Below are positions 12,442-26,094 of a DNA stretch of 64,000 nucleotides, piece after piece. The DNA is taken from NCBI RefSeq assembly GCF_018977255.1, contig NW_024704743.1, forward strand, positions 14,758,001 through 14,822,000, given 5' to 3'. Positions within the stretch are counted from its first letter, which is position 1; each line of letters starts with the position of its first letter. Source of the DNA: Callorhinchus milii. Its lineage: Eukaryota. Below the pieces are notes generated by a model, which made no database searches, was not told the DNA's origin, and saw nothing but the letters and a program-made list of their open reading frames with translations. The position numbers and the translations under genes are program-made.

Positions 12442-13149
12442 TGAAGTACTGAAAAAGTTTGTTTTTTCCAGCTAAATATTTTGTCACATTTGTTTATAAA
12501 CTAGCTGGAGCAAAGGAAAGAACTCAATTAGTCCAGGAATATATTCTGGTATTAGTCTAAACTTTAATCTCTTGAGTTTGACTGATTTGTTATTTTTAGG
12601 TACAATTGCATCCCCTATGAATTTTCCAACATGTCCCAGATAATGTGCAGCAAAATATAATGACCCATTTATTGTTATCGTGAATTGGTACAGCGAACTA
12701 CAAAATCCTTGTGCCAATTTTAGCAAGTTTAAGCCTCAACCTTCCTGTATGGGGGTCGCTATACTTTTAATATAAACACAGGAGGAATAACATCCACACT
12801 AACTTCACTAAAAGCGATCTACGGAATTCTGAAATATATCTAAGCAAAGAAAGGCCACAAAATAATGGGACACTGGAGCTTAATTTGTGGTATTTTGTAA
12901 CAGGATTCCTTATCAAGTCATGTTATGGGCACTGGATATCCACTATGACCAACCCATGGGAATTCCAGAGTGATGATCACATGGTCAGTGAGCATTCAAT
13001 CACTGTTCTTCATGAAGAAACCCCAACAAGCAATACCGCTATTAGATTGCATTCATACCATAAAGACCCCATCCCTTTCAATTGGAGTGAAAAATAATCT
13101 TTGAAGTTATATTTATGGATTGAGTGATCTCTCCTGGCTAACCTCACCG

Positions 13150-13495
13150 ATGGCCGAGTGAGATAATGGCACTGCCCACTACAACACCAGGCTATAAATA
13201 TCAGGATACAGGTTCACATCCATGGCTGTGGATCTCAGCCCATCTGAAAATTGGCACCAGCGTCCCTGCGTTATGGAGGGGAACACTCATGATCACTATC
13301 CAGAGATCCCTGCAGGAAGCTGGATGTGTGGATGTCACATGAAGATAGATAAAGTCCAGCTCTGATGCCCCTGCAGTTAGTATTTCCAATATTATCTGGA
13401 AATACTAACCATCATGTTTGACATTAATAAGCATTTGGGTAAGGTACCGGGGGACACCAACACCGGTGGAATCCTGCCTCATAGAAGAGAAAAGA
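13150..13495 (+). mobile_element. Older SINE-like repeat (related to 40585-40975; a possible minus copy at ~46380-46640)
   Basis: Shared colinear motifs (ggttc-box-like head, ccctgc/ctctgctgg..gtgtg, ggtaccgggg..caccggtggaa). Confidence 0.45.
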
Positions 13496-14379
13496 ACAAT
13501 AAGCATCTACCCCAAGACAAAATTGATGCATTTTGGCAAAATAAAAGTAAGGCAACTTAAGGGAACAATAGATGTATGGACAGTAGAATGAATAAGGCAG
13601 GAAGAATAATAAAGCTTCACCATTCAGTAAACTCCTAATTTCCTCAGTAATCTCCTGATTTAAGGTACAAAAGTAAGATGCAGAGTCTCTTCCAACCAGC
13701 AAAATGCAAACATAATTTGATAGTGCAGTATATTGGGTCACCAACACCTGACTAAGGGGTGTTGGCCCAGGCCCATTCTCACATGCTTCCCTGTGTCAAT
13801 AAATCCATTGACACAGGAAGCAACCTGAGAGGTAAGTGCAACTTTGTCTCTCATCTCTATATGCTATTAGAAGAAAAAATGAGAAGAAACTAGCCAGCAG
13901 ACAAAAATACATTTATTTTTACATTCATACCTTTGAATTAAATTGAATTGGTGTGTGACTGCTCTCCCCATCCCCCAAAAGACAAAAAACAGGCCGTCCA
14001 CCTCCACCCAGACTTACTGTCCTCATCAAATGTTTTTATTATACATCTTGATTATATGCATCCTATTTTTCTATCACTCTTCATGTGCCTCCTTGACTCA
14101 GATCTTGATTCAACACTCCACCTCTGTTACGCAGCAATGCAAAACAGCACTGCTTGATCAGTCTTGTCTGCTTTCTTTCCTAGCAGGATTGAGTGGGATT
14201 ATGGTGAGCATAGTTTAATCGTGGATAAAAGGGAAATGAAGGTCAACATTCATAGTAAATGAATCAGTTACTGGCAGTAGTTAGTCCACCTGCTGAGATT
14301 CATGAGTCCTTGAATACCTTCCTTGAACAAAATATGTTCTTAGTGTTTATTCCAGTTATTGTGAATTAAAGCATCAGAT

Positions 14380-14750
14380 TCAGTCAGTAGGTAGCATACA
14401 TGCCTCTCATTTAGAAGGATATAAATTCAAGTTGAATATTGGCACTTGTGCTCACTGTCTAGGCTGACACTCCAGTGAAGTACTTGAGGATTGCTGTATT
14501 GTTGCAGATGTCGTCCTTCAAAAGAGATGTTAAAGCAAGTCACAACTACCTGTTCAGGTGAAAGTTAACAATCCCATAACTATTGAAAAAAGGGAGTTTC
14601 TCCTGGGGTCTTAGTCAACAATCCTCCAGATTTATTGGTCATTCACCTTAGCTACCTCATTTTCTTGCAAATAATCATTATTTCACAGTGATTACTGTAA
14701 AACGCTGAGATATTTTGATGTGATCAGGTGTAAAAAAAATGCAAGGTCTT
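14380..14750 (+). mobile_element. Older SacSINE1-like Deu SINE
   Basis: ctaggctgacactccagtg, gagatgttaaa, atcccat...gggagtttctcc and L2-type tail; similar to 43968-44383. Confidence 0.65.
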
Positions 14751-15524
14751 TCTATCTGTCAGAATGCATCTGTCTATCTACCATAATGTCCTGCAAAAGT
14801 AAGGTTGGAGTCTGATTTAATGCAGTGATAATCAAGACACTAATTTGCGAGGTTGCTGGGGCAACACAAAAAATGTTGTCTGTTATTTATTAGAGAGGCA
14901 TCAATGCAACCAAGACCAAGTGGAGAGTGCAGCTTCATGGAAGGTGTTTATGCTTGTGTCCCAGACACAAATTCAGAGATGAGCTGGGGGAAGGTGATGA
15001 ACGAACCAGTTCAGATTTGTTTTGCACCTAATACACTACATAGAAATTTACTGCGCAGAAGAAGGCTATTGAGCCCATCATAAGAGCAATTATTTCAGGC
15101 TCATTTATCTGACCCATTAAGTCTTATTTCCCCATGCCCCTATAGTTTACTCTTGTTCAGATATTTATCTAGCACCAACACCATATGATCTGCTTCTTTG
15201 TAATTAATGTGTAATAGTGGATTTTTAAATAAAATACAAATTCTTCATTGTTCTAGTTTATTTGATATTGTGCTGTTAAACTAATTTCAGATAATAATCA
15301 AATAGAACTAAATTTGCAAATGTTTTCAAATTATAAATAGGAAACTGCTAAGCAAAATTAATTGCCATTGTAATAACGTAGATGAATATTAAAATTAATT
15401 TAGGTTAATCAAGTGAAAATGTATTCTCAGTGAATTTTAATTTGTAATAAGCATGTGCCAGTGAATGCAAATTAATAAAGTTAATATTAGATAGTACTTG
15501 ATAATCTCATTTGATGATACATAC

Positions 15525-15682
15525 TGAAAAACAAAGATAGATATTAGAGAAATAACTCCATCGCTTTTTGCTACTGGATAAACCATGGAATGATCACAGA
15601 ATGATTCCATCAGCCAATGTTTGCAATCTGGGTGCAAATTATGGTTGTCAAGGTGATAGCGGCACCACCTCATAATTTGAAA
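15525..15682 (-). other. Candidate 158-nt exon (or conserved non-coding element)
   Basis: Acceptor ccatttctttattctcttatag and donor TCA|gtatgt; single open frame FQIMRWCRYHLDNHNLHPDCKHWLMESFCDHSMVYPVAKSDGVISLISIFVF; not recognised. Confidence 0.35.
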
Positions 15683-15912
15683 CTATAAGAGAATAAAGAA
15701 ATGGAACTTGGCAAAGCACTGAAATGTGGAGAAGTTACAATAACACTTCACTCTCCAGCAACATACCATTTTCAGCCTCTGGTCACATTTACCTCATCAT
15801 TGAAATCAAATCACTTGATCAATCTAAATTGATTGTATAAACATCAGAAAGGCAATGTTCGGAAATGTGGCAGATGCACTTTAGCACTGGTAAATGTGAA
15901 GTACTGCATTTC

Positions 15913-16168
15913 AATAATAATAATAATCCTTGCATTTGATATAGCGCCTCACCATATCTTCTCAACGTCTCAAAGCGCTTCACTGAATATACTGTAAAAT
16001 TAATTGACTGTATATTTTGTGGGCGAAACCGGCAGCCAATTGCACACAGCAGTGTCCCACACACAGTCGTGAATTGAAGTGATCAATTATTATTATTTTT
16101 TATTTTTTTGAAGGATTTATTACCCCTGGAAAAGCGATCTGCCAATCGACTAACAACTGAGTTGTTAA
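15913..16168 (-). mobile_element. Deu SINE, long subtype, lacking the tRNA head
   Basis: (AAT)n-ccttgcatttgatatagcgc tail; ggcagccaattgcacacagcagtgtcccac core. Confidence 0.85.
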
Positions 16169-16669
16169 GTTGATAGAATAATAATAGAATAAGAATCGAA
16201 CAAGGAATGATAGTCTGGATGGTAAATGTAATTAATGGACATCAGGAGAAACTCTCTCTGTGTTTCAAATCATATCATGGGATCTTTTGACCTGAACAAA
16301 TAGGCTGACAATGTAAATATCACCTGCGATAATGTCAAAAATACAGGGATACTATTACATTCAAAATATTCTGAGAAACTCTAAGAACTCCTAAATTTGC
16401 ACAAAATCCCAACAATACAAAATTATCAACAAAAGCAATAACATCCAACAATTCTTTCATAGTGGCGTCAATTTACATTTGATAATTATTACATTTAGTA
16501 GACCAGCTAACCTAACTCAGCCCAGGCTGGATCATGCTTGGGGTTTCTGTAGTTCAGCTACTCACTGCAGAAACTTGCTAAGCCATCAGGAAGATTGTAC
16601 AAGTCTTATCCATTTGTTTGTGAATCGAATAAGTGTACAGATAGTGACTCGTATATAATTCAGATATCA

Positions 16670-17250
16670 CGAGAGAGTTTCAGTTGAAAAAGGCCCTTTG
16701 ACTGATTTGACCTCATCCTTCCAGAATACACCATTGCAACACCAAGCTTTTTTTAAAAAAGAAATGAGTCCAGTGACCTGACTTCAACCACCTTTCCTTG
16801 TAACCTTTTCCTGGTATTTGTCATGAAATTGTTCTTTGCAATCCTAAACCTATGTCCTTTTATTTTCCTGTCTTAGTGCATCCCAAAGTTTTGTTCTGGG
16901 TTTACTTTTTCAATTCCATTTAAAAAAAGCATGTATACATCAAAAAGGTCTTCTCTGAGACATTTCCTTTCAATACTGCATAGACCTAGCTTGGAGTACA
17001 TGTGCCTCTTATTCAAAGTTACTATATACATTTATCTGTTTTGAACTTCATTTCCCATGCATAAGTCCATCTGCATAGTCTATCAACCTTTGTAAGATCT
17101 TTACTTTCTCTTCTGATTCCACAACTTCTTCCCTCCCCCAACTTGGTGTCATCTGCAAGTGTAACTATCTTATAATGGCTGTGTGATTCCAGGTCATTAA
17201 TATATGCAAGAAAAGGAGGGGCTTCCCAATACAGACTCATAAATACTACT
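16670..17250 (-). mobile_element. Decayed CR1 (RT and 3' end, internally deleted)
   Basis: ORF 17022-17240 YINDLE...LADDTKLG...WEMKFKTDKC. Confidence 0.75.
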
Positions 17251-18549
17251 TAGTCTGGACTGCTAACCTGAAATCCCATAGATCAAGCCAGGTCTCTAGT
17301 CCAGCACAATTCTTTGTGGGCGAGCATTATTTCCAATACAAATTGTCACTTAAAATACAGTAGTATACAAAGTGAAGTAACAAATGGCAAACCACAGCGG
17401 AGATGATGAAGAATGATGAGCATTCAATGAGAATACTTCACGGTAAGAATTTTATACCTCAGTTTCAACAGGACAATCTCTAGGTTCAACTCCTGCTTTT
17501 TGTGTGGATTTTTTGCATTTGAACTACAAATATAAAATTATTAAAGCAGCCACTTCATGACATTTCAATGATTCACCCAATGGCACTTACAATGTCAGAA
17601 CATGATGCATTATGAAGCACATAAACTAGTTTGCTTCTATGCTGCCATCAGTTTACCAGACTTCGCTTATAATAAATACAAATTTCATATGATTTTACAG
17701 CCATGACAATCGTGGACGTGAACCACATTTAGTGTATTAAAGAATGTGCATACAATTGAATAAACTAGCCTGAGGGGGAATGAAAGCTTTATAATGTACA
17801 AAAAGTTGCAATTAATAATTCAATAACCTTTCTAAAGTGAATACTAACTCACTCCCTCTTACATGATTTAGTTTCCTATTTCTGCACAGGGAAAAATTGT
17901 GAAAATGTTGTGTATCATTTCTCCAATAATGCTAGATTGCTTTACAAAAATCAGTAAATAAAATCAATTTTTTAAAAAAATTTAAATTGTTCCATTAATA
18001 CATTAATACAGTGCCTTGGGACGTCTTCCCGATGTGAAAGCCGCTATACAAATGTAATTTGTTATTATTTATAATAACAACACTTTATATTGTATTAACT
18101 CAAATGAACTGATTCAATTAAGAAGGTTCCAAGTGTAATTTAGGAGTGTGGTGAAACAGTTTGCAAGGATTTAGGTGTACACCACATGGAACCATAGAAA
18201 TTTACAGCACAGAAGGCCATTTGACACATCATATTTCAATTCCATTTATCTGCCCTTTCCCATATCCCTGTAGCTTACTCCTTTTTAGATATTTATACAC
18301 TTCCTTTTTGAAAGCCAATATGGATTCTGCCTCGACCACAGCTCACGGCAGGGCATAGCATATCCTAACTACTGAATGAAAAAAAATTGAAATGTTTTTA
18401 ATTTTTCTTTGTGTGAAAAAAATTCTAAATTCTCCATTTGCTCATTTACTAATTATCGTAAATTGATCCCTCTCTTTATTGACTCACCGCCAGTAGAAAT
18501 AATTTCTCCCTATGGACTATCAAAACCCCTCATAATCTTAAAGACCTCT

Positions 18550-18870
18550 AATAATAATAATAATAATCCTTGCATTTGATATTAGTGCTTTTCACGTCTT
18601 CTAGACGTCCCAAAGCGCTTCACAGAATATACTGTAAAGTGAATTGACTGTATATTTGTGGGCGAACGCGGCAGCCAATTGCGCACAGCGATGTCCCACA
18701 ACCAGTCGTAGGTTGAAAATGACAAATTTATTATTGTTTTGTTTTTTTGGAGGGATTATTAATCGGTGTGTGGAGTAAGGAAATTTGCCCAAGGTTTCGC
18801 CCTGCCTGGAATTGAACTCGGGTCTCTCGCTTGCAAAGTGAGTGCTCTAACCACTGAGCTGCAAGACTCC
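18550..18870 (-). mobile_element. Young full-length tRNA-Ala-head Deu SINE, short subtype
   Basis: Reverse complement begins GGAGTCTTGCAGCTCAGTGGTTAGAGC...GAGTTCAATTCC; Deu core; L2 tail with (ATT)n. Confidence 0.92.
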
Positions 18871-19277
18871 ACTATCAGGTTCCTCTCAACCTTCTTTTTT
18901 CCAACGGAAAAATTCCCATTTCCTCCAGTTCATGCTCATAGGCCAAATCACTCATCCCTGTTATCATCCTAGTAAATCTTCTCTGCAACCTCTCTATCAC
19001 CTTGACATCTTTCCGATACTGGGGTGACCACTGCTGGACACAAATATTCTAACTGCAGTTTGATTAACTATTTATATACATTTAGTATTACATCTTTGCT
19101 TTTATATTACGCTCTGGAATGCACTGCCTGAATGGATGGTGGAAACAGATTCAATAACAACTTTCGAAAGAGAATTGGATAGGTGCTTGAAGAGGAAAAG
19201 AGGAAGAAGATATGGGGAAAGAGTGGGGCAGTGGGTCTGATTGGGTAATTCTTCCAAAGAACCAGTACAGGCACGAT

Positions 19278-19594
19278 GGAGTCCTGTAGCTCAGTGGTTA
19301 GAGCACTCGCTTTGCAAGCGAGAGACCTGTGTTCAATTCCAGGCAGGGCGAAATCTTGGGCAAGTTTCCTTACTCCACACAGAGCCTAATAACAATCCCT
19401 CCAAAAACAAAAACAATAATAAATTGGTCATTTTCAATCTACGACTGTTTGTGGGACATTGCTGTGCGCAATTGGCTGCCGCGTTCGCTCACAAATATAC
19501 AGTCAATTCACTTTACAGTGTGTTCTGTGAAGCGCTTTGGGACGTCCTCCCGACGTGAAAAGCGCTATATCAAATGCAAGGATTATTATTATTA
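19278..19594 (+). mobile_element. Young full-length tRNA-Ala-head Deu SINE, short subtype
   Basis: A box TAGCTCAGTGG, anticodon arm CTCGC-TTTGCAA-GCGAG (TGC), B box GTTCAATTCC, Deu core, tail gggacgtcctcccgacgtgaaa identical to L2. Confidence 0.95.
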
Positions 19595-20828
19595 ATATTC
19601 TGTGATTCTATGATTCTATATTTTACACCCCCATTTATGAACCTAAGATTTGGTTTGCTTTTTTGACAGCTTTGTCCATCTGCCTTCCCACCTTTAAGGA
19701 TTGATGTACGCTAACCTCAACATCCCTCTGCTCTTCCACTTTGTTTAATATTTTACACCCAACATATACTTGTTCTCCTTATCCTTCCACCCAAAATGTA
19801 TAAGAGCACCTTTGTCTGCATTAAATTTCACTTGCCAGTTCTCTGACCAATCAACCAATCTGTCTTTGTCCATTTGAAGTTCCTAAACAATCTTCTTCAG
19901 TGTTAGCTGCATCCTCTATCTTTGTGTCATTTGCAAACTGAGAAATTGTGCTCCTTTTCCGAAATCCAGATCATTTGTATATATGGAAAAAGCAGTGGTC
20001 CCAACACTGATCGCTCAGGGAAAACACTATTGATATCTCTCTGTTGCAATAATCAACCCTTCTGTTTCTCATGCTTTAAACAGCTTTCTATCCAGTAACC
20101 ACACATGCTTATCCAGACCATTGCTCATTATCTACAAAGCATCTCAAACAAAGAATAATGAGTTAAGTATATTTTTAAGCAATTATTTTCTTGCTTTATA
20201 GTTACAGCAAATAGCCATTCATAAATTGTGCTACCCATCAATATTTACTACTATTATGATAGATTTGAAGTTCATGCATTTTAAAAATAGATTGGAAAAC
20301 AGAACTGTATAGATGCCCGAATGTTTTTTGTGACTAAATCAAAATTGTTCTCTCGAACAGAATTTAAAGGAGCTTCAATGTTGTATTATAGTTTCCATGG
20401 AAACTAAGAAAAGCACACAAATGGTACAAAGAAGATAATGGTTACTACACGTAAGATAATAGTTAAAGGAAAAAAAATCCTCAATCTAAATACCAACAGA
20501 GAATTATAAAATAAAGAAAAATTCACAGACGGAAAGGGTAAGAAATGTATACTCCATCAATAGTAATACAATAATAATAATCCCTGCATTTGATATAGTG
20601 CCTTATCACGTCAAAACATCTCAAATTGATTCACAAGGCATTACTATAAAATATAGTAACTGCCTATAATTACACAAGCCAACCACAAACAGCCTTGAGT
20701 AATGTTTTATCCAGAGGAGTATTGGCCAAACACCAGGAGAAACTCCCTTCTTTTTACCAATAGTAGCATGGAATCTTTAATGTTCACCTGAACAAATAAA
20801 CAGGACTTTGGTTTCACTACCTACGTTA

Positions 20829-21176
20829 TAATAATATAATAATAAGCCTTGCGTTTGATTTAACGCTTTCTCACATCATTGAGACATCTCAAAGTGCTTC
20901 ACAGAATGTATCGTAAGGTTATTTGACTGTGTACTTTTATGGGCAAAACACAGCAGTCAATTGCACACAGTCCCACAGTCGTGGAATGAGTGACCCAACT
21001 TTTTTTCTTTGAAAGGATTATTACCCCTGGAAAGCGATCCGCCAAGTAACAAACAACTGGGTTCCTACTTACTGCTACGTAAACAGAAGCGTGCGGAGTA
21101 AGGAAACTTACATAAGGCTTCGGTCCACGTAGAAATTGCTTGTAAGACCAACAAGCTAACCACTATGCTACAGAAC
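20829..21176 (-). mobile_element. Deu SINE, long subtype
   Basis: Tail, core and head (ctaaccactatgctacag) are all recognisable. Confidence 0.85.
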
Positions 21177-22819
21177 ATATTTGTATATTAAAATCCACAG
21201 AATGAAATGCCAAGGAGTCGTCAATGCACGAAGGATCAAAATATATTGTAGTCTCATCCTTCTCTTCTCTTAAAAATCAGAAGGCTCCAAAGGGGATTAG
21301 TTGATTGAGCAAGAGGGATGTGTTTACATGTATCTACATTGGCCAAAGTAGAATGAACCAGTGTGTGTTCAGCAGAAACAGCCAGGACCAACAAAGGCTG
21401 TGCTGAAGCACCAGCCAAGCTGGTACCAAAGACTTGTCTGAAGTTGAAGCCAAAAAGCAGGACTTGCACAGGCTGCTGGATCATCACAGCTGTTCTGTCA
21501 AATTCTTCCACAATTAAGAATTTCATGGAGAGGGAGGAAAGGTCATCGTTGAAACAGAAAGGACTTGAATTTCCACAATTGAAAATAGCTACTTATCCAA
21601 AGTAGAAATTTGGTAAGAACTTTTCTTACTTAGCATCAAAAAACCTAATGGCACAAAAGCAGAATAAGACTGATGCCAGGCTAGGTTTTTATGCATACTG
21701 ATGTCTACTAATATGTTTTCGGAGAATATAAATCTTCTGAAAAAAGATTATTTTCCTGTTGGTACGACTGCTGAAATATAAAAAGAATAAATGAAGTGAA
21801 TTGTAGCCTATTTCTGAAATAAACATTAAATATGGAGTGTTTAAAACATGTAAGCAAGGTGGGCACTGTGATTATTATTAAAAAAAACTAGAAGCAAGGA
21901 ACACAAAAAGGCTAATCAGTCTTTCATGCCTAATCCTTACAGCAACCCCATGCAAAACCTTCCCTTGCACAACCTATCACCTGGGAAATGTTAACATGGA
22001 TGCAGCCAGATCCCTAGTGGAAATCAAGCTAAACTTAAGAATATTCATCCAATTCTTAAGTATTTACCCTGACCTGCTTCTCTCCAGACACATCCCGCTC
22101 ACCAGGACAACCATTATCAAATCCCATACATTATCTCAGTGTGCACTTATTCCTACATTCCCAATACTGTCCTTAAGCAGAAAAACATCATTTCTGTTTT
22201 TATCTTAATAGAAACATCATTAAATGCTTTTGCTCAGAGTCTGTTTCATACATCCATTACTGGAGAAAAATCCTTCCAATTTCTAGTCTTGCTTTAGATC
22301 TGTCTGCACAGTCCAAGTCAAATTGCCTACATTTTATCAATATTTTTAAAGATGTGCATCACATTTCCACTCAATCTGTTTTTCTCCAATGAAAATATGT
22401 ATAACTGTTTGAACACCCTTCATAATTGAAGAATCTCAAGTCCAGGAATCATCTTTTTCACTACTCTATAAACCTTTTCCAATTTTTCAATAAACACTTG
22501 AAAGTATAGTACATAATGATGTTTCACCAGCAGTTTATAGAAGATTAGAATAACCTGTTTCAACTTTACATTTCAATGCTTTTAACAGCCAACCAAATAT
22601 TTGATTAGTTTTGCTGACAAATACTTACCGTTGTCATTGAAACTTTAGTTAAGGCTCAATAATCACACCCAAATCCGTTTCTTTCTCCACCACAACTAAT
22701 GGAGTGCCCTTTATCATGTACATATTAGTGGTTTCATGTTCCAATAAGCATTCCACTATATTTAGTTACTTTAAAATATATCTACTATTTCTTAACACAT
22801 CTGCTTGTTTATTCTGGAT

Positions 22820-25050
22820 CGCCCTCCGATCTCCTCCCCTCTGGCCAACCTCTCGCACCAACCCACTCGCTGCGCTTACTCTTCTCCACAGCACCCTCTC
22901 CACCACACTCGACGCCCTTGCCTCCCTCACCTCCCGAACTGCCTCCTATTCCCGATCCTCACCCTGGTTCACGAGCCACCTCCACTTGCTTAAGGGCCAG
23001 GTGCGGGCTGTCGAACGCACTTAGCTCAAATCCGGCCTAAGGGTCCACCACCACATCTGGGCGGGACCTCATCAAAACCTACCTCTCTCTCTCTCTCTCT
23101 CTCGCCTTGGCCAAGTCGTCCTTCTATTCCAGGTTAATCCTGGAGGCGAAGGGCAACCCCAGGCTCCTGTTCTCCACCATCAACCGGCTCTTCCGCTCTC
23201 CCCAACACGCCTCGCAGATTCTTTCCTCTGACTCCCACTGTGAGAAAATGCTGGACTGCATCGAGTCCAAAATCGAGGGAATCCACTCAGCTGCCACTGC
23301 CCTCCAACTTCCACCCCTCCCTAACCCCACCCCACACTCCGACAATTACCCATCCCTCCTTCCACACCTTTGAACCTGTTAACCCCTCCTCTGTCTTCAC
23401 CACCATATCCTCCATGAAGCACACCACCTGCTGCCTAGACCCCATCCCCACCCCTCTCCTTAAATCCCAGCTCCACCTCCTTGCCCCACTACTCGCCGAC
23501 ATCATCAATCTCTCCCTGTCATCTGGCACTGTTCCTTCCCCCCTCAAAACAACCACTATCACCCCCACTTTGAAGAAACTTTCCCTTAACCCATCACAGC
23601 TATCCAGCTACCGGCCAATCTCAAACCTCCCTTTCCTATCCAAGGTCCTTGAGAGAGCCGTTACCTCCCAGCTTCAGTTTTTCTTCTCCTCCCACTCCCT
23701 CCATGAACTCTTCCAATCGGGTTTCTGTGCTGCCCACAGCACAGAAACTGCTCTGGTCAACGTCACAAATGACATCCTGACCATGTGCGACCAGGGCTCC
23801 CTCTGTCTCCTCGTCCTCCTCGATCTGTCTGCTGCTTTGACACCGTGGATCACTCATTCCTCCTCCACCTCCTCTCCTCCCACCTCAACCTTCAAGGTTC
23901 TGTCCTTGACTGGTTCAGGTTCTGCCTTTCACACCGACTCCACTTTGTCGTAGCAAACGGCTTCTCCTCCAGCCCCCGCACCGTCTTGTGCGGTGTCCCT
24001 CAGGGCTCTGTCCTTAGTCCCATCCTCTTCACCCTCTACATGCTCCCGCTTGGTGACATCATCCACAGACATGGGGTAAATTTCCACATGTACCACACTA
24101 CTCTATCTCTCTGCCTCCACCCTCAACTCCTGGACTAACTGGTGTCCTGACCGACTGCCTGTCCGACACCAAGTCCTGGACAAGGGACAACTTTCTCCAA
24201 CTCAACGTCAGCAAGACTGAGGCCCTCCTGATTGGCTCACACCAGCGCCTCCACACCTCGGGCCCTGGCAGCATCAGCCTCCACGGCTACACACTCAACT
24301 TCACTAAGCCAGTCAGGAACCTGGGTGTCTTGTTTGACCCTGAACTGTCCTTTCTCCCCCACATCCGCACCATGACCAGCACTGCCTACCACCACCTCCG
24401 CAACATTGCCAGACTCCGCCACTGCCTCACCCCTCAGGCTGCCGAAACCCTCACCCATGCATTCGTCACATCAAGGCTCAATTATGGAAACTCCCCCCTC
24501 ATCGGCCTTCCCAACTCTTCCCTTCACAAGCTGCAGATCATCCCAAACTCTGCAGCTCATGTACTCTCGTGCACCAGGCTCCGCAACCCCATCATTCCCA
24601 CTCTTGCCCGACTCCACTGGCCAAGTCATGTTCAAGATCCTCGTCCTCACTTTCAAGGCCATCCATGGCCTTACCCCCTCCTACCTCTGTGACCTGCTAA
24701 CTCCCTACCAATCTGCCCCCCACTCCCTCTGTTCAGCAGGCTCCGGTCTGCTCCATGTATCCCACTCGACCCGCCCTATCATTGGTGGCTGGGCTTTCAA
24801 CCTCTCTGCCCCCACACTCTCGAACTCCATCCCACGGTCCCTTCACCTCGCTTCCTCCCTTGCCTCCTTCAAGGCCGGTCTCAAGACCCTTCTCTTTGAT
24901 CGTGCCTTTGGTCTCCCTCCCATCTCTCTGCCTTCCCTCACCCCTACACCACCCCTCCCCCATGCTTGGGCCGCGACACCTGAAAGTTCAGCCCTTTGGG
25001 ACGTCCTCCCGACATGAAAGGCGCTCCATAAATGTGATTTTGTCGTTGTT
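22820..25050 (+). mobile_element. L2 LINE ~2.2 kb (RT domain and 3' tail), frameshifted
   Basis: YRPISNLPFLSKVLE, QSGF..HSTETAL, LLDLSAA, GVPQGSVLSP, SRLNYGN; the YADD motif is lost at ~24092. Confidence 0.95.
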
Positions 25051-26094
25051 CAGGAAGTTAATTTTATAATATTACAAGTGCTTCCTTGCACTCTCTCATG
25101 AACAGTGTGACCAGCAAAAGGGAGAACCAAATCCTCTTAGTCAATACTCCACAGACAGGAGTTTTTACTGAGTTTTAACCTGCTTTAAAAATCTGACATG
25201 TAACTTGATTATGCACATTCTGAAAATCTACATCAATTATATCATCTAGATACACTAATTCACTAGTTCAGTCGCTTCCTCAAAAAATCCCAGTGGATTG
25301 GGAAACATGACTAATATTTCTAAATCTATGTTGACTACTACTACCTCTATGGTCTTTAGATGAGCATCCTGTAAAATGCTCAAGCACTTTTCACCATTTC
25401 ACAAATGTTAATTGATCAGGTCCATACTTTTCAGGGTTATTTGAATAATGAAATTGCCTGTGATAGTGTTTATGACGCTACATCCAAAATACATCAACCA
25501 GAACATTAATGCTATACTAACTCTCTTGTTCCCTTGAGGATTTTAACTTGTGTCTCAATCTGCCACATATAGTATTTTAGCTTCTTTATAACTTGTGCGC
25601 TACTGATGATGGCAGCATTTTTTTTCTTAGGAGTTTTGCCCCTCCCTAGACCAGGCAGTGAGGCTAAATGTAGACTAGCTGTGAGCAATTAGAAGCACAG
25701 AATGGGAACAAATCTGGGCCTTTCTGCATCTGTCTGAGTCACGTCTACACTGGAGCTTACAACTAAAATAAAAACAAAAAATCCTGAAAATGAACAGCAG
25801 GTCAATCAGCATTTGGTTTCAACATTGAAGTAGCTCAAATAATTTGCACTTTCAGATATCGGGGTCAACAACTCAATATTCATAACTGGATTTGCAAATA
25901 GACACTCCTTCCGTTCACTGGAGATGCATTACCCTAACCCCAGTGTTCACAGCTCCAGAAGAAAATGTTGTCGGAAGGGAGCTCTTACTGGATACCAGCC
26001 AGCAGTTGCAACTCAAAGATGTGATTTGCAAATTCTGTTACAAACATTGTGCTTAAATAAGACCCCCCCACTCCACCCACCCCCACATTACTTC

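Larger units (their letters stand above)
18185..20110 (-). mobile_element. Decayed CR1 3' region carrying nested SINEs and a + strand CR1 tail (~19110-19619)
   Basis: catagaaatttacagcacagaagg tail; FANDTKI-like motif at ~19915-19940; (ATTCTATG)n tail at 19597-19619. Confidence 0.75.

Noticed and set aside
19278..19355. Functional tRNA-Ala gene
   Set aside because: Continues into a SINE body and tail, has a T-stem mismatch, and related copies occur throughout the window
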